Positions 14,101 through 27,559 of a DNA stretch of 64,000 nt are shown here, piece by piece (position 1 is the stretch's first letter; the number at the start of each line of letters is the position of its first letter). This DNA comes from Rhynchobatus australiae (taxonomy: Eukaryota). The position numbers and the translations under genes are program-made. The DNA is taken from positions 20,135,273-20,199,272 of the forward strand of contig JAUZTB010000076.1 in the NCBI GenBank assembly GCA_034780895.1, written 5' to 3'. The notes beneath the pieces were generated by a model. The model saw only the letters and a program-made list of their open reading frames with translations. It was not told the origin of the DNA and did no database searches.

Positions 14101-17100
14101 AATAGTTATTAGGGTATTGATTGGAATCAGAGCTTCACCTTGGAAATTAATTTTCAAAAGCCTTGGTTAATCTTTCCTATAAATCTATCTTAAAACTTTT
14201 CCTATTTCAAAATAAGTTTTGATTTTGTTTGGGGTAACCTGAAAGGAAATAGTTGGAGGTAATGCAAACTACTTAAAAATAGCCTTTTCCTTGTGTAATG
14301 TCTTCCTTGAAACAAATGTACTGATTAACATAATACACATTAACTGCTATTTTGAGTAAAAGCAGAAGCAAGCAAAAATGGAAAAAAGCATAAAACAGCA
14401 TTCCATGAGAAATATGTAAAGTGGTTCTTTGCATGTCAGACAAAAACCACTGTTATCCTATGAGAGTCCAACAATATTTTTCATAAGTTGCAATTCCAGT
14501 TACAGATTGAAGAATTTTTAAAACTAAAATCTCTACACTCCTGTGAGGTAGAGNNNNNNNNNNTGGTTTTGCTGTGTGAAGGTCCAGAGGGACTAGGGCA
14601 AGTGGAGATGAAAGAAGAATGGGTAGTTCTTTTAAAAAGAAATGCCAAAGGTTTATGTAAAGATAGCAGCCAACTAATATTTAGGAAGTACTTATGGGAC
14701 AGAAAAGATTTGTCTGTACCAGTGAGTATCATTCTAGTAATGGGAATGAATATTTCACTATTGAAGTAATGGGAAAACTTGAACTGGATTCTTCCCAATG
14801 AAGCATTCTTTAGGTTATTTCTTTGATGATGAGCTCCATCATACCCTAGTGCTAATCTAGTGCTGTACCATTTTGAACGATTTAATAGATACTGGAAGAA
14901 AGAACATTGCATTCATCCACTCTTAATTCTCTCCAACTGCTCTGGTTTTTATTTCCAATCCTTCAGTCTGGTTTTGGAGACACTGCTTTGGTTGATCTGT
15001 ACCCTTGTTGTACTGTTAACGACTGGCACTTCTAGCAAATTGCCATGCAAAACCATTTTAAGATCTAAATGTACACCAACAAGTAATAATGCCATGAGAT
15101 ACTTGGCTAATTCAAATTCTGTGTATTGTGTTTGCTGTGCTTTGCCTTGACATAAAATTAATTCAAAACCTTTGGCATCCTTTATGTTTAAAAAAAATTA
15201 CTTGCAAAAATCAATTTTCAATTAAACTTGAATCATCTGTTCCTTCTGGCAATTCCAAATCATTCAAATATAGCAAAAAACATATTAGGATCCATTATGG
15301 CACATGATAATTGTTAGATGAAGTTCTTTCTTTGTGCCAGAAATACTTGGTTAATTCCACATTCAGAAGTGTAACCCTTATGCACTAAGATCTACTTTAC
15401 CTTTTGCTAGCCATTCTGTAGAGAACCACCAGTAAAATCCTCCTCACTGGTTAGTTATCTCTGATATCAGCACCAGTCAGTTGAGATACAGGTGTAGGGA
15501 ATGAATTGGAGGTCAGATTTTAGCACATCTGTCCTACCACTTTGCTAATGGGATTGTCACTATGTCCATAGATGGATCTCAAATATATTGAAAGGAGGGG
15601 CTGGATCCACTTTCCATCTTGCCCCTCAGCTATAAGTAGTGCAACCTCATTCATTTGAAAGAAGTGACTGACTTTGATTTAAGAGGTAAGTGCGGGTAAA
15701 TGGTTCATTTACTTTGCTTTTTTTTGTTTTAAGTTAATTTTCTTCAGTTTTAGGTATTTAAGTTTTTGATTTAACATTTTATTTTTAATCTAATTAATAA
15801 GGTGTTTTTAAATGTCTGATAATCAGAGATATTTAAAGCCTTTGATAGTTGGCTACTTTGATAGTCAGGATGTTCCGAGGTTGGGCTATGATTTCCATCT
15901 TGGGTCTAATCACTGCTTGCCACTTCCTCTGCCACAGCAACCAGGCATAAGGGTCCCTTGGTATTGAAGATGTGAAGCTGTGTGGGTAGCATAGTCTGCC
16001 ATATTATTTTCATATTCTATTTAGTGTTCACATGACCTCTGAGGATGAATCTAGGCTCAAATCTGATAATTAAAAGTTATTGGACTACTTGAAAAGTCCT
16101 TGAAAACAACTGGTCAAGCAATGGCATTGTGAAATGGGACTGTTGCAATTACAAGAGGCTGATGATTCAATGCCTTTTAGTTTGCCCACTGCTCAAGGAT
16201 AACCCCAGCCTTATGTACTGTTCTGGATCTTGTTGTGCTGGGTAAAAGTTCAGGTAAATGCCTGTGGTAGATGAAGGAACACAAGTAAGAAAAGTTGAGT
16301 TTTGTATCGCTAACCTGTAGCTTTTTGGAATTGGGTTGAGAATTTTGTAATTTTATTTACTTTGAAACTTTCTATTCAAGGAGGATTTATGGATTTTTGG
16401 ATTAAGGACACTGCACTGGCAATGATAACACTTTTTTGGCAAGGAGGCTCTGCATTGAGAATAAATCCCATTGGGCCAGGTCTCCCAATTAAAATCTGGC
16501 AGATCAACTCAAAGCTGCTGGCTTTTACCTACTTAACTGTGCAGAAGTTTGGGTCTCTTGAGAATAGGTAGAGGAGCTGAACTTCAACACAGCTGTTTGC
16601 TGCTTCTGGGACAAATGTGTTTTGCTCTTAGACTCCTGCTGGAGTCAAACAGGGAGTGAGGCTTCCACAGATGTCCCAGCACAGACTGGAAAATCTGTCC
16701 ACTGACCCCTGACACATGTCTTGTGGCTCATTGAATTCAACTGGAAAGAATGTTTTCCGGCACAAGCTGTAGGAAAAATCACTTCCTTTTTTTATTGGAG
16801 TCGATTCGAATATATTTGCTTTGAAATGTTTCCTTGTTTTTAAGTGTTTTTACTCTTAAGATTTTTTTTGCTTGGAATGTTTGTGAGTCCCTCTGAGAGT
16901 CCAGCTCTTTGATAGCTGTGGAAGCTGGTGAAACATTGGCCGATCAAGCACTGACACAGTGAAATGGGTCTACAGCCCTAAGGGCAGGTATTAACTGGTT
17001 CTCAATGCAATTCTGGTGGCAGTCCTTACCAGTTAAGATTGAAAAGACCTTGTGCTGCACAAAGCCTTACTAAATCAGCTCAGAGCTGGCTTACTGTGGA

Positions 17101-17671
17101 ACATTACACCTGGAAGCCAATCTAGATAACAGCAAGTTTCAAGCACAGGCAACTGGCTTACGATCAGTGGAAGATCTGTGCCTTTATGTGGAAGCTGTGA
17201 CTTACTACGCTATCACTGAACTGAACACAAGGCTATAGCAATTACGGCACCTCTGCTACAAATTTCTCATATCATAAATTTCATTTGAATTTTCTCTTCT
17301 TGGTTTATCACAACTCTCATCACTTTTATTTCTAAGTATAAATACTGCTGAGCATCTGCACTAATGATTTGTTGAGCCAACATACTCTTCTAATACAGAT
17401 TTTGTATTAATATCAGACTCAAATCTGTTGTGGTATTGGGAAATGTCAGCATTTTATTTGCAGATACATTTGTTGACTTAGTTCTCTCACGACACATTGC
17501 TGTGGTCCAGGTTGAGAGATGAAAGTTGTAAGTTCCAATGTATAGCTGAGAAAGGGCCTGTTTAAATTTAATTTGATGAATTAATTACTGCTGGCAAGAT
17601 TATTACAGACTCTGAGTTTATTATCTCACTGTTAACTTGGTATTAGAGTCCAAAAATCAGAATCTGAACAG

Positions 17672-17890
17672 ATTTAGAATCAGATTTATTATTACTGACA
17701 TATAATACATGAGATTTGTTGTTTTGCAGCAGCAATGCAGCGCAAATACATAAAAAATATTATAAATTATAAAAATAAATAAGTAGTGCAAAAAAAAGGA
17801 ATAACAAGATAGTGTTCATGAACAGTTCAGAAATCTGATGGTGGAGGGGAAGAAGCAGTTCCTGAATTGTTGAGTGTGGGTCTTCAGATA
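17672..17890 (-). mobile_element. Non-LTR retrotransposon 3' tail (Rex1/Babar-like); related copy at about 11520-11690
   Basis: agaatcagatttattatt..ctgatggtggaggggaagaagcagttcctgaattgttgagtgtgggtcttcag is typical of the reverse-complemented 3' end. Confidence 0.55.
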
Positions 17891-18161
17891 ATACATGTAC
17901 AATGGTAAATATTGATTTAACTAAAAATTCTTCCAGTTGTATGTGAATTGTGGTAAAACAGAAACTCTTTGAGTACTGAATATAAGTAAAAAAACAACAG
18001 TCCTTTGTAGATTCTATGAATGTTTGGAAAACTTGGGAAGAAACTAAAAGTGGGATCTGAATTAAATAATACTGCTATCAAGTTACTAAGTTATCTTAAC
18101 TTGTAGTAAACTGGTAGGAGAATATGTTTGTTTAATTATATGACTTTTCTATTTTTTCTAG

Positions 18162-18204
18162 AATATGATCGACTGGGATTTCTGCTGAAGCTTGATTCCA
18201 GAAT
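18162..18204 (+). CDS. ST3GAL3: ST3GAL3 (CMP-sialic acid beta-galactoside alpha-2,3-sialyltransferase 3) internal coding exon, 43 bp
   Basis: Acceptor ttttttctag and donor GTAAGC. Encodes (K/E)YDRLGFLLKLDSR(I), matching the vertebrate ST3GAL3 stem EYDRLGFLLNLDSKL. The split codon AT+C joins in phase with the next exon. Confidence 0.95.
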
Positions 18205-19134
18205 GTAAGCATTACTTAATCAAAATGAATTGCCCTTGGTAATATTTTAGGTACTGAATCCTGACTTGGGTCAGACTACTTTATCCATTGACAGTAAGTG
18301 CAGGAGACTTCCAGCTAGGACCACATTCTAAAATTGTAACTTATGTTCCCTCAGCAGCAGATAAGGATATTTAGAGGTTAGATTGTGCATGTTGAATTTT
18401 CTGTGGCATATTTCAGGTTGCAGCTCTTGTGAATCAAAATTAATAATTAGATTCTCATTGTTTAGTTCTTATAGGGTTTTATAGATCGTGGGTTGATTAA
18501 GGTACTTTAATTGATTTCATGAAATTGAGCAGACAATAAAAACAAGTAGGGCAGTCAAGATTTATATTTTAAAAAAATAGTCTTGCTTTTAAATATTTTA
18601 ATATNNNNNNNNNNNNNNNNNNNNNNNNNNNNNNNNNGCTCTTTCAAGTTTGTTTTTGAAGCATTTTTACGTATTAGAGCAAAACCCCTTTAAATTCATA
18701 CAACATATCCCCAAAGTTATGAAAGCTAGAAATGATGAAAAAAGCATTTTATTAATGAAATAAAGCATCCACAATTTGTAGAAAACCCCTTTGCTTGAGA
18801 TATTGAATAGGGCATCTAATTCTTGCTCCTGTAATAAAAACAGAAAATGTTGGAAAATCTTGATAGGTCTGGCAGCATCAATGGAAAGAGAAACAGCTAA
18901 CATTTCATGTCTGAGGCCCTTCAGTAGAACTGAAAAAGAGAGGGAAAAAAGTTAGTCTAGATAGGAGTGAAGGCAATAGGTGGAACAAAGGGAATATCTT
19001 TATATTTTACCCTATAAGTATTAATTTATCACAATTTTACCCAATTGTGATGATTGGCCTTCAAATATTAAAGCCCTGTCATCACAAAAGACGTTTATTT
19101 CCACCTGCACAATGTTGCTATTTTAGTTAGTGTC

Positions 19135-19790
19135 TTTTTCCCAGGGTGGAAATGTCAAATATTAGAGATGAGAGGGAGATAGTTTAAAGGAGATAGAACA
19201 TAGAACACTACAGCACAGTACAGGCCCTTCAGCCCACAACGTTGTGCCAATATTTTATCCTGCTCTAAGATCTATCTAACCCATCCCTCCCACATAGCCC
19301 CCTATTTTTCTATCATCCATGCGTCAATCTAAGAGTCTCTTAAATGTCCCAGAGGTATCTGCCCCCACAATCTCTGCCAACAGTGCGTTCCATGCACCCA
19401 CCACTCTTTGTGTAAAAATATTTACCCCTGACATCCCCCTTATACCTTCCTCCAATCACCTAAAAATTATGTCCCCTCATGTTAGCCATTGTCGCCCTGG
19501 GAAAAAGTCTCTGGCTGTCCACTCGATCTATGCCACTTATCATCTTGTACACCTGATGGTGGGGCACATTTTTTATACTGTGAATAGTAGCTGCTTGGAA
19601 CATGCTGCCAGCGAAGGTGGTAGATATAATAATGTTTAAGAGGCATTTGGACAGACATGAACAGGCAGGGAACAAAGGGATATGGACCATATGCAGGCTG
19701 ATGGGATTAGTTTAATTTGGCATTGTGGTCGATACAGATATGGCGGCCCGAAGGCCCTGTTTCTGTGCTGCACTTTTCTATGTTCTATGT
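19135..19790. mobile_element. Nested CR1 3' fragments: a minus copy (about 19195-19555) inserted into a plus copy
   Basis: The plus-strand CR1 tail is interrupted by an inverted CR1 tail starting atagaacatagaaca. Confidence 0.85.
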
Positions 19791-22700
19791 CCCTACTTCA
19801 GCCCCCATTGCTTTTTTTGCTAAATAAGGGTTGTGGAAGGAATAACTGTATGATCATCGGTGTAAGGGATATTAATATTGGGAAATGGAAAGTGCGACCA
19901 TTCAAGGCGCTCTCGTTGGTGTTCACTTCTGTACATCTTCCAATAGTGGCAATTATTCAGGAATTGGAAGTCCATCTGATTTTCTTTGTCCCATTTAGCC
20001 TCTCGTTATTTAGATTAGCTTGACCATTCAATTCTGGCTGAGAACTGCTAACTCAGCATGGAATGTTGATGTTGAGCCTGAAACCTCCTGATTCTCCTTA
20101 ACCTATTCTGCCTACAGCATGTATTTACCCAATAAACTGTGGGGAGCCCTGACAAAACTACTTCTGATATTTTTCTCAGAACAGATGTTTGTGTGAAGTG
20201 CATGATTAATATATTTACCTTTATTGCCTTTGCCTGCTTATTTTGTGTCAGTGTTTTTTCTTATTAATCTGGAAATGTTCCTCCCCGAGTACAGTCACAG
20301 CTGTTAAAATGTCAAATTTGTACTGCCTGACATGCTCCAGCTGCCCACTTCAGATTTTGTTGTCCTACAAGTCCAAGTTCTTTTTTCTCTGAGTATTTGC
20401 TTTCATTCAAGTAATGGTGAGGAGTTACTGAGCAAATGGAGTAAAGTGCCAATATATCTTCTATTAAAGTGTTCAAGCTCTCCATGCTGATAAACGCACA
20501 TTTGCAATGATTATGATATTATAGGAAGCTGATAGGGAAATAGAATAAACCATGTCTGCTGGGTGGATGGCTTAAGTTATAGATCCAGTCTTTTAAGGAT
20601 CGAAGAAAAGTAACACGTCTTTCATTATGGAAGTATAAAAGTAACATCTCTTTCATTATGGAAGATGAGAATTGATGTTAGGTCAGGTGTTAATTTTAAA
20701 TCTGCACTTAATATATTTTCTTTGTTATACAAAGATAGCGAAGGTTGTGGGATGAAGGCAAGTACATGGAGTTAGGTCGCAGATCAGCCATGACAGAACA
20801 AGCACAAGGAGATGACTTCCTTATTTTGATGTTATTATCATTGCTGAAGCGATTTTTGACTGTTTTGTATTGTAAGAAGTTATTAACACAGTGGCATCTG
20901 TCTCTCAGTAAAATAATTTGAAATGAAGAGTTTAAGTGATCAGCTGCATGTTTTGTGTAGATGTAAGGAATTTTGATAGGACAGATACCTGGCATGCTGT
21001 TCAGCCATGGTACGTGATTGCTGTTGCTCGCACTCAACCTTACTGAGACAATTGAATCATTGAGCTTCCCTGGAGGATTTAGCAAAGATAACAGGTTTTC
21101 AAATCTTGTACTTATTTGGAAGATAAGGTTGTGGTTTTCATTTATTGGTATAAATTGGTTCCAGCTTTTTAAGAACTCAATGCACCTATTGCTGTTTATA
21201 AATTGGAATTGGCTAAGTTAACAGTAGCTCCATGTTTGCATAATTCTCTGCAGTTTCAGGTTCTGATTTAGATGGATGCTGGAATATCTGATGAGCTGAG
21301 CAGAAAAATATGCTTAATAAAACTATGTTAGCAGTAAAAGAAGTGATGGAATAGAGGACAAAGATCTTTGCAGCTTTTGAAAACAATGAAAGCATGAGTA
21401 GCCTTTTACAAGAAAATGGGGGCTAATATGTGATAAATTGCAATGCATTGGAAGGAAGTTCAGTGTGTAGACACCAGTCAAAGCAGGTGATGGAGCAGTT
21501 CAAGATGCTCAACTCTGTTAACTTTTGGCATTTGCATCTTCAGCCTTTTTCTCCTTAATCTATTGGCTCTTCACATTGCTTGGCTTCTTTCGAAACACTG
21601 CTAAATAGACAAGCTTTAGCCACTCTTTCTAAATGTGCTCCTTTGTCTTAAGTGCCATTTAGTGATTATGTCACTAGTAATCACGTTCAGTCACTTTCCT
21701 ACATAAAGTTGAGATATAATTACATATAATCCTTGTTCAACCAACATTAAATCCAAATGAAATCTAATTAAAGATAGATTGGCTATCTGATTATGCACAT
21801 AATTTTTATCGACTGCACAAATGATTTGCATTACCCCTTGGACTTTTTACATAATTCTTGGCAAGTCTGAAAAGAAAGTTGATGATCAATGCCAGGGTTT
21901 TTTTTACCGTTGACTGTTGAATCTAGAACATTGGTGGCATAATCTGAAGATAATAAATTAGTATTTTAGGTCTCCGCTCATTACGTGGAGGGCTGTGGAT
22001 GTTCAGTCATTCAATATGTTTAAGGGTGAGATCAATAGAATTTTGGGAGTCTGGGGTTATGGAGATTGGACAAGAACATAGCTTTGAATTAGAGAATTAG
22101 TCATGGTCTTAAAATTGCAGAGCAGGCTGGAGAAGTACATTTTTTTCCATTATTTATTTAGTATTTTCATATTTTAAGAGTATTTGAACAATACATATGC
22201 AGGTTCTGCAGATACCAGTATAACAGACTGGTATCTGCAGAAACCTGCATATATTGACAGGTATAACCCAGTGATTACAATATTCAAACTGCTTTAGTAT
22301 AGAATACTTGATTTAGCAGTGCTTTTATGTCATTATTGTTAGTAAGTTCTGAAAATTTAATTTGTGGGTAACTCTTAGGGAACTGGAGAAATCAGTAGTG
22401 GACAACAGAGGAGATGGCTGTGCCTTTGCTGATACCCAGAAAGACAGACTTTTTTCTCCCTGCCTCTCCACATTGAACTACACTCGGTAAGTGCAGAAAC
22501 TCAATGGACACATTGTGAGATCCCAGTGTGCCAAAGATAGACAATGAGTATAATACTTCCTAACAATATAGGAGACAGTTTCTCGCAGTGTGGAGATTAA
22601 TGTTTAGGATATAAATTCAGAATGAGCATAGTTTGCATATGTATCCTAAATGTTTGTAGCATATGAGCTTCATTGGCAACATATATATTGCCCATCAATT

Positions 22701-23439
22701 AATGCCCTCAAAGTTACTTAAAAAGGTGTTGGGGGGGGGGGGGGAGTTCAAGGATTTCTACCCAGTGATGATGAAGTACAGATATATTTTCAAGTCAGGT
22801 TGGTGTATTACTTGGAGGGGCCCAGACATGTACTGCCTTTGTTCTTTGAAGTGGTTGAGTTTGTAAATTTTGGAGGTCTTGACGAATAGTTGTATTGCCT
22901 CTTGTAAATAGTACATATTGTGACACTGGGTGTGCCTTTGGTGGTGGGAGTAAATAGTTAAAGTGATGTATGTGATTGCCATTCAAGCAATCTGCTTTGT
23001 TCTGGGTATTGTTAGAGCTGTGCTCATCAGGGCAAGTAGAAAGTATTTCATTCTACATTGAACATGTCCTGTAAGCAGAAAGAAGGCTTCAGAGAGTTGA
23101 TAATTAAGCTATTTTCCATATAATAACCTGGTTTCTGACGTCCTGCTGTAGCTAAAGTATTTTTGTGGTTGGTTCAGTAAAAATTATAGTTAATGGTGAC
23201 ACTTAGCAGAATTTTATTATTGGGCACATCATCAAATGTTAAGAGGAAGGTGTGTTCGATATCATCAATGCCTGACACATTATGTGGTGTGAATGTCACC
23301 TGTTGCTTGCATCACTCTTCCTATGAGTGAGGTCTGTTTCATTATCTGTAGAGTTGCAAACAAACTGAATACTGTGTGATCATCAGTTAACATCACCTCT
23401 TCTGCCTCTTGAGGGAGCAAGCACTCATTGTTGAGGTAG

Positions 23440-24680
23440 GTGAAGGGCGTTGGATGTTGTCCAGAGGAACCCCTGCAGTGTTGTCCTGAAGCCGAGATGA
23501 TATATTGTTTGTTTACAATATATTTATCGCTTTTGATGTACAAAGCCCAACGTATGAACCAGGAAAAGTGGTTCAACCTTGGCATAGAGAAGTTAAAGAT
23601 TATATTTGATCAAAGGGAAAGGTTTATAATGTTGCCAAACAGAGCGGTAAGCCCAAGGGATTGGAAAAATTTTGGATTTCAGCAACATTGGACTGAGAAA
23701 TTGATAATGAAAAGGAAATAAGAATAATATAGCAAAGACATAAAAAGGGATTATCAAAACTTCATTAGACATATGAAGAGGAAAAGATTAGCAAATTAAT
23801 ATTCATAAAAAGAGTAGTATTGGATAAATTCCTAAAGTTTGAGGATCTGCATCCCAGGGCAACATAGCTCTCTGAAAGGAAAATCATGTTTGACAAACCT
23901 ATTAAGTTTTTTTTGCAGTTGTATGTAATAGAACAGATAAGGGTGAACAAATGAATGTGATTTATTTGGAGTTTCAAAAGCACTTTGATAAGGTGCCAGG
24001 GAATTATTAAACCAAATTAGAGGACATGNNNNNNNNNNNNNNNNNNNNNNNNNNNNNNNNNNNNNNNNNNNNNNNNNNNNNNNNNNNNNNNNNNNNNNNN
24101 NNNNNNNNNNNNNNNNNNNNNNNNNNNNNNNNNNNNNNNNNNNNNNNNNNNNNNNNNNNNNNNNNNNNNNNNNNNNNNNNNNNNNNNNNNNNNNNNNNNN
24201 NNNNNNNNNNNNNNNNNNNNNNNNNNNNNNNNNNNNNNNNNNNNNNNNNNNNNAGATACTTTGGAGGAGATAGACATAAAGTGAATTGACTAGTGGAATA
24301 TAATGTGGAAAAATGTGAGGTTGTCCACTTTCATAGAAAACAGGTCAAGTGGAAATTATTTTAAATGGTAAACGACTGAAACATACTGATGTTCAGAAGC
24401 ATCTGGGTGACATTATACATTTATCACTGAAAGTTAATATGCAGGTTCAACAAGCATATATATGTTGGCCTTCTTTGTAGGAGGATTTAAGTGCATATAG
24501 ATGTCTTAGTCATAGCTACAGAGAGTCAGACAGTAAGAAAACTGTCTTACTGTCTGATTCTATAACTATGGTTTGATAGGGCAGTTTTCCTGGCTGAGAT
24601 GTTAAAAACCAGAGGGTTACAATCAAAATAAAGGGTTAGCCATAAGAGAGATTTCTTCACCCAGAGGGCAATGAATCAAT
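23440..24680 (+). mobile_element. Old degenerate CR1 ORF2 remnant
   Basis: Residual GKSCLTNL..FQK.FDKVP and NVEKCEVVHF motifs around an N-gap. Confidence 0.7.
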
Positions 24681-26204
24681 GTCTTACAAATTAAATCATT
24701 GAGTCAGTTTACTGCTCAGAACAATTATGCAGAGAAAATGTTGACATAAAGATGTAAAAATGGACTGGATTGAGTGCAATCCAGCCTTCTATATATACTT
24801 GGCATTTTGCTAAAACTGTGGGTACTCTCACCTGCTGCAGTGCTCACGGGAAGGACAGTGCAGGAGCTGTTCACTCAGTAGCATCTCTGTGAGTCAGAGC
24901 TGCCTGTATGTTGTGAGCAGGTCTCAGGTGGCAAAACAGATTCAATAGATTTAAGTAATTATAAATATTTAACCAATTAAAAACAGAAAAATAAATTAAA
25001 TTGAAGTGCATGAAAAGTTAAAAGGCGTAAACATGAAGTAAAATAATAAACACAAAACTTCAACTTATTCAAATAAGTGGGGTTGCTGCTCATACAGCAG
25101 CTGTGGCTGGCTTAAAGCTGAGGAGTCGGATGCAGAGTGCAACTGATTCTTCAGTTCCATACAATCCAGAAAGCAAAACAAAACTCTGCAGATCATGTAA
25201 ATCATGAAATGAGAAGTTAACAACCTGAAAAGGTAACTGCTTCTCTGCTGTCTGACCTGCTGACTATTTTCAGCATTCTTTTTATGTCACTCTGATGTAG
25301 AACTGTCCCTGGACATGATCCAGATGTGCAGTCATCTCAGCTCAAACATCTGACTTCACATTGCAGTGCTTAGACACTGAGCATGGGTGTGCAGATGCTT
25401 AGCAGCTCCCCTTGAAAATACTGACCATTAATAGAAGTAGATCCAGCCCATTGAATTCCCTGTTACAAGGTCTTATGATCCAGAGTACTGGGATGAAGAC
25501 AACTGGCTTGACTGTTTGAAAACTTTAGTTGAATTGATTGTAAGCTTTTTGTCTTAAACATGAGCGGAACATGTCGGGTTCCATTTAGTGTAGTTTTAGT
25601 CTAAGTCGCTGGTGCAATTTAGAAGTATTACCATGTGCACTTAACAGCTCAAAAGGTTTACATTGCTGCACTCGAAGGAGTTTAAAGTAGTGCAGGTTGT
25701 GTCCTATTCCATTCTTGTGTTATAGAAGGTTGTAAGGTATTTTTGATGGCTTTTTAAAAATAAAATTCTTTAAACCTTTGGGATTAAATTCACAAGCATT
25801 AGCCTGATCAATTATTTTAACCTCTGAGAATTAAGATGAATGCTGTTTATATGTCCAAATGGAGCTTTGGACAAGGTTGATGTGGTTGTTTGGAGGAAAC
25901 TCTTGGCAAATATCATGCCTTATAAGTTGCATGGTGCAAGTTCGTAGGCAAAATCAAAGTTTGGGCAACTTGCTCCAGGGCTTGGGTAGAGGGTTGCTAG
26001 TTGTTCAGCTGCAAAGAATACATGCCCCAACTAAATGGTAAATTCACTCATTGCCCTCATGAGCTATGAATTATTCCTGAATAATTCCTTGCCAGTCTAC
26101 AAGGGAAGTTATTAAATGATATTTGGACAGCATTAAATAACCAGTATGAAAGGTAAGAGGGGAGCAAAATATTGTCTTTTGATGAATCAGTTTAGTAACT
26201 GAAA

Positions 26205-26485
26205 AGATAAGATATCTTTATTAGTCAAATATACATCAAAACACACAGTGAAATGCATCTTTTGCGGAGGGTATTCTGGGGGCAGCCACACTTCCGGCGC
26301 CAACATAGCATGCCCACAGCTCCTAACCCGTACGTCTTTGGAATGTGGGAGGAAACTGGAGCACCCAGAGGAAACCCATGCAGACAAGGGGAGAATGTAC
26401 AAACTCCTTATGGACTGTGGTTGGAATTGAACATGGGTTTCTGGTGCTGTAAAGCGTTACGCTAACCGCTACACTACAGTGCCTA
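26205..26485 (-). mobile_element. V-SINE
   Basis: Reverse complement of the V-domain (tgtgggaggaaactggagcacccagaggaaacccatgcagac) and a tRNA head ending near 26485. Confidence 0.85.
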
Positions 26486-27456
26486 ACTACTGTGCACTAT
26501 TAGGTTCTACAGTTCTCTCTCTCAAATACGGACATTGCAATAGCAGAACTTGCTTACAGGAATAATGGCAACTTTTAGAGCATGACAAACTGAGAAAGCT
26601 TGCTGGAGATAGTTGACAGAATGAACAAATAGGTGGCAGGTACAGCTTGACTTGGAAAATATGACTCAGTACAATTTAGGGAAAACAATAATGTTAATAT
26701 CCTGAACAAAGATTGAAGAACAAAGCATTCTCAGCTTCCTTTACCACACCAATTGTTTGGTGTCCTCAGCTGTTCTCATCCTACGTTTTAAGCATCTCCC
26801 TCCTTTTCTCTGCTTTTCAGTCACTCTACAAGAGTTGAAGAAGATGTGTACTAATGTCTGCAGTTTTGCTCCTTGAAAATACCTTGAGATATTTTACTTT
26901 ATTAAAGGAATTATCTAAATGCAGGTTGTTACTGTGACTAATTTTGGGTACTCTGTTTCAGGAAGAATTTAAATGTTAAAGAGAGGATGCAGAAAAAAAT
27001 TATTAAAATGATAATGGGAATGTGAGGCACGTTATGTGGTGAGACTAGAGAAGCTGAGGTTCATTCGTTAGGGTAGAAAAGGTTGAGAAAGTCAGAGAGG
27101 TATGTAAAATTATGAAGGGCATTTAAATAGTAAATAGGAAGAACAATTTCCATCAGTAGGTTGGCCAGAAAGGAAAGACGCACATTGTCCAAAACCATGA
27201 AGAAGGTAGGAGATTTTTGTTTGGAATGCAGAGAGCTATAAGATATATAATAGCCTGCCAACAATAATGTTAGAATTCAAATCCATAGCACCCATTTAGA
27301 AAGGAAATGGATAAGGGAGTGAAATAAATTAGATTTTTTTTGCATCATTTGCTGGTATGAAGTCCTGATTTGGCCCCTTTTGTAATGTTTGTGTCTGTCT
27401 AGTGCTGTTATATTACTAATCTTATTTGTTTTTATTTTTGCTCTCTCTTCCTCCAG

Positions 27457-27549
27457 CCCAGCAGAATTGAGCTATAAAAATGGAAATATCACAGAAGGTG
27501 GCTGTAGGAAAGGATTTGCCTCCGCACAGATGACAGCAATCTTTCCAAA
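27457..27549 (+). CDS. ST3GAL3: ST3GAL3 internal coding exon, 93 bp
   Basis: Acceptor ctctctcttcctccag and donor GTAAGA. Encodes PAELSYKNGNITEGGCRKGFASAQMTAIFP, versus ST3GAL3 PAELATKYANFSEGACKPGYASALMTAIFP. The preceding signal-anchor exon and the following FSKPAP exon were not found in the window. Confidence 0.95.
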
Positions 27550-27559
27550 GTAAGAAATC

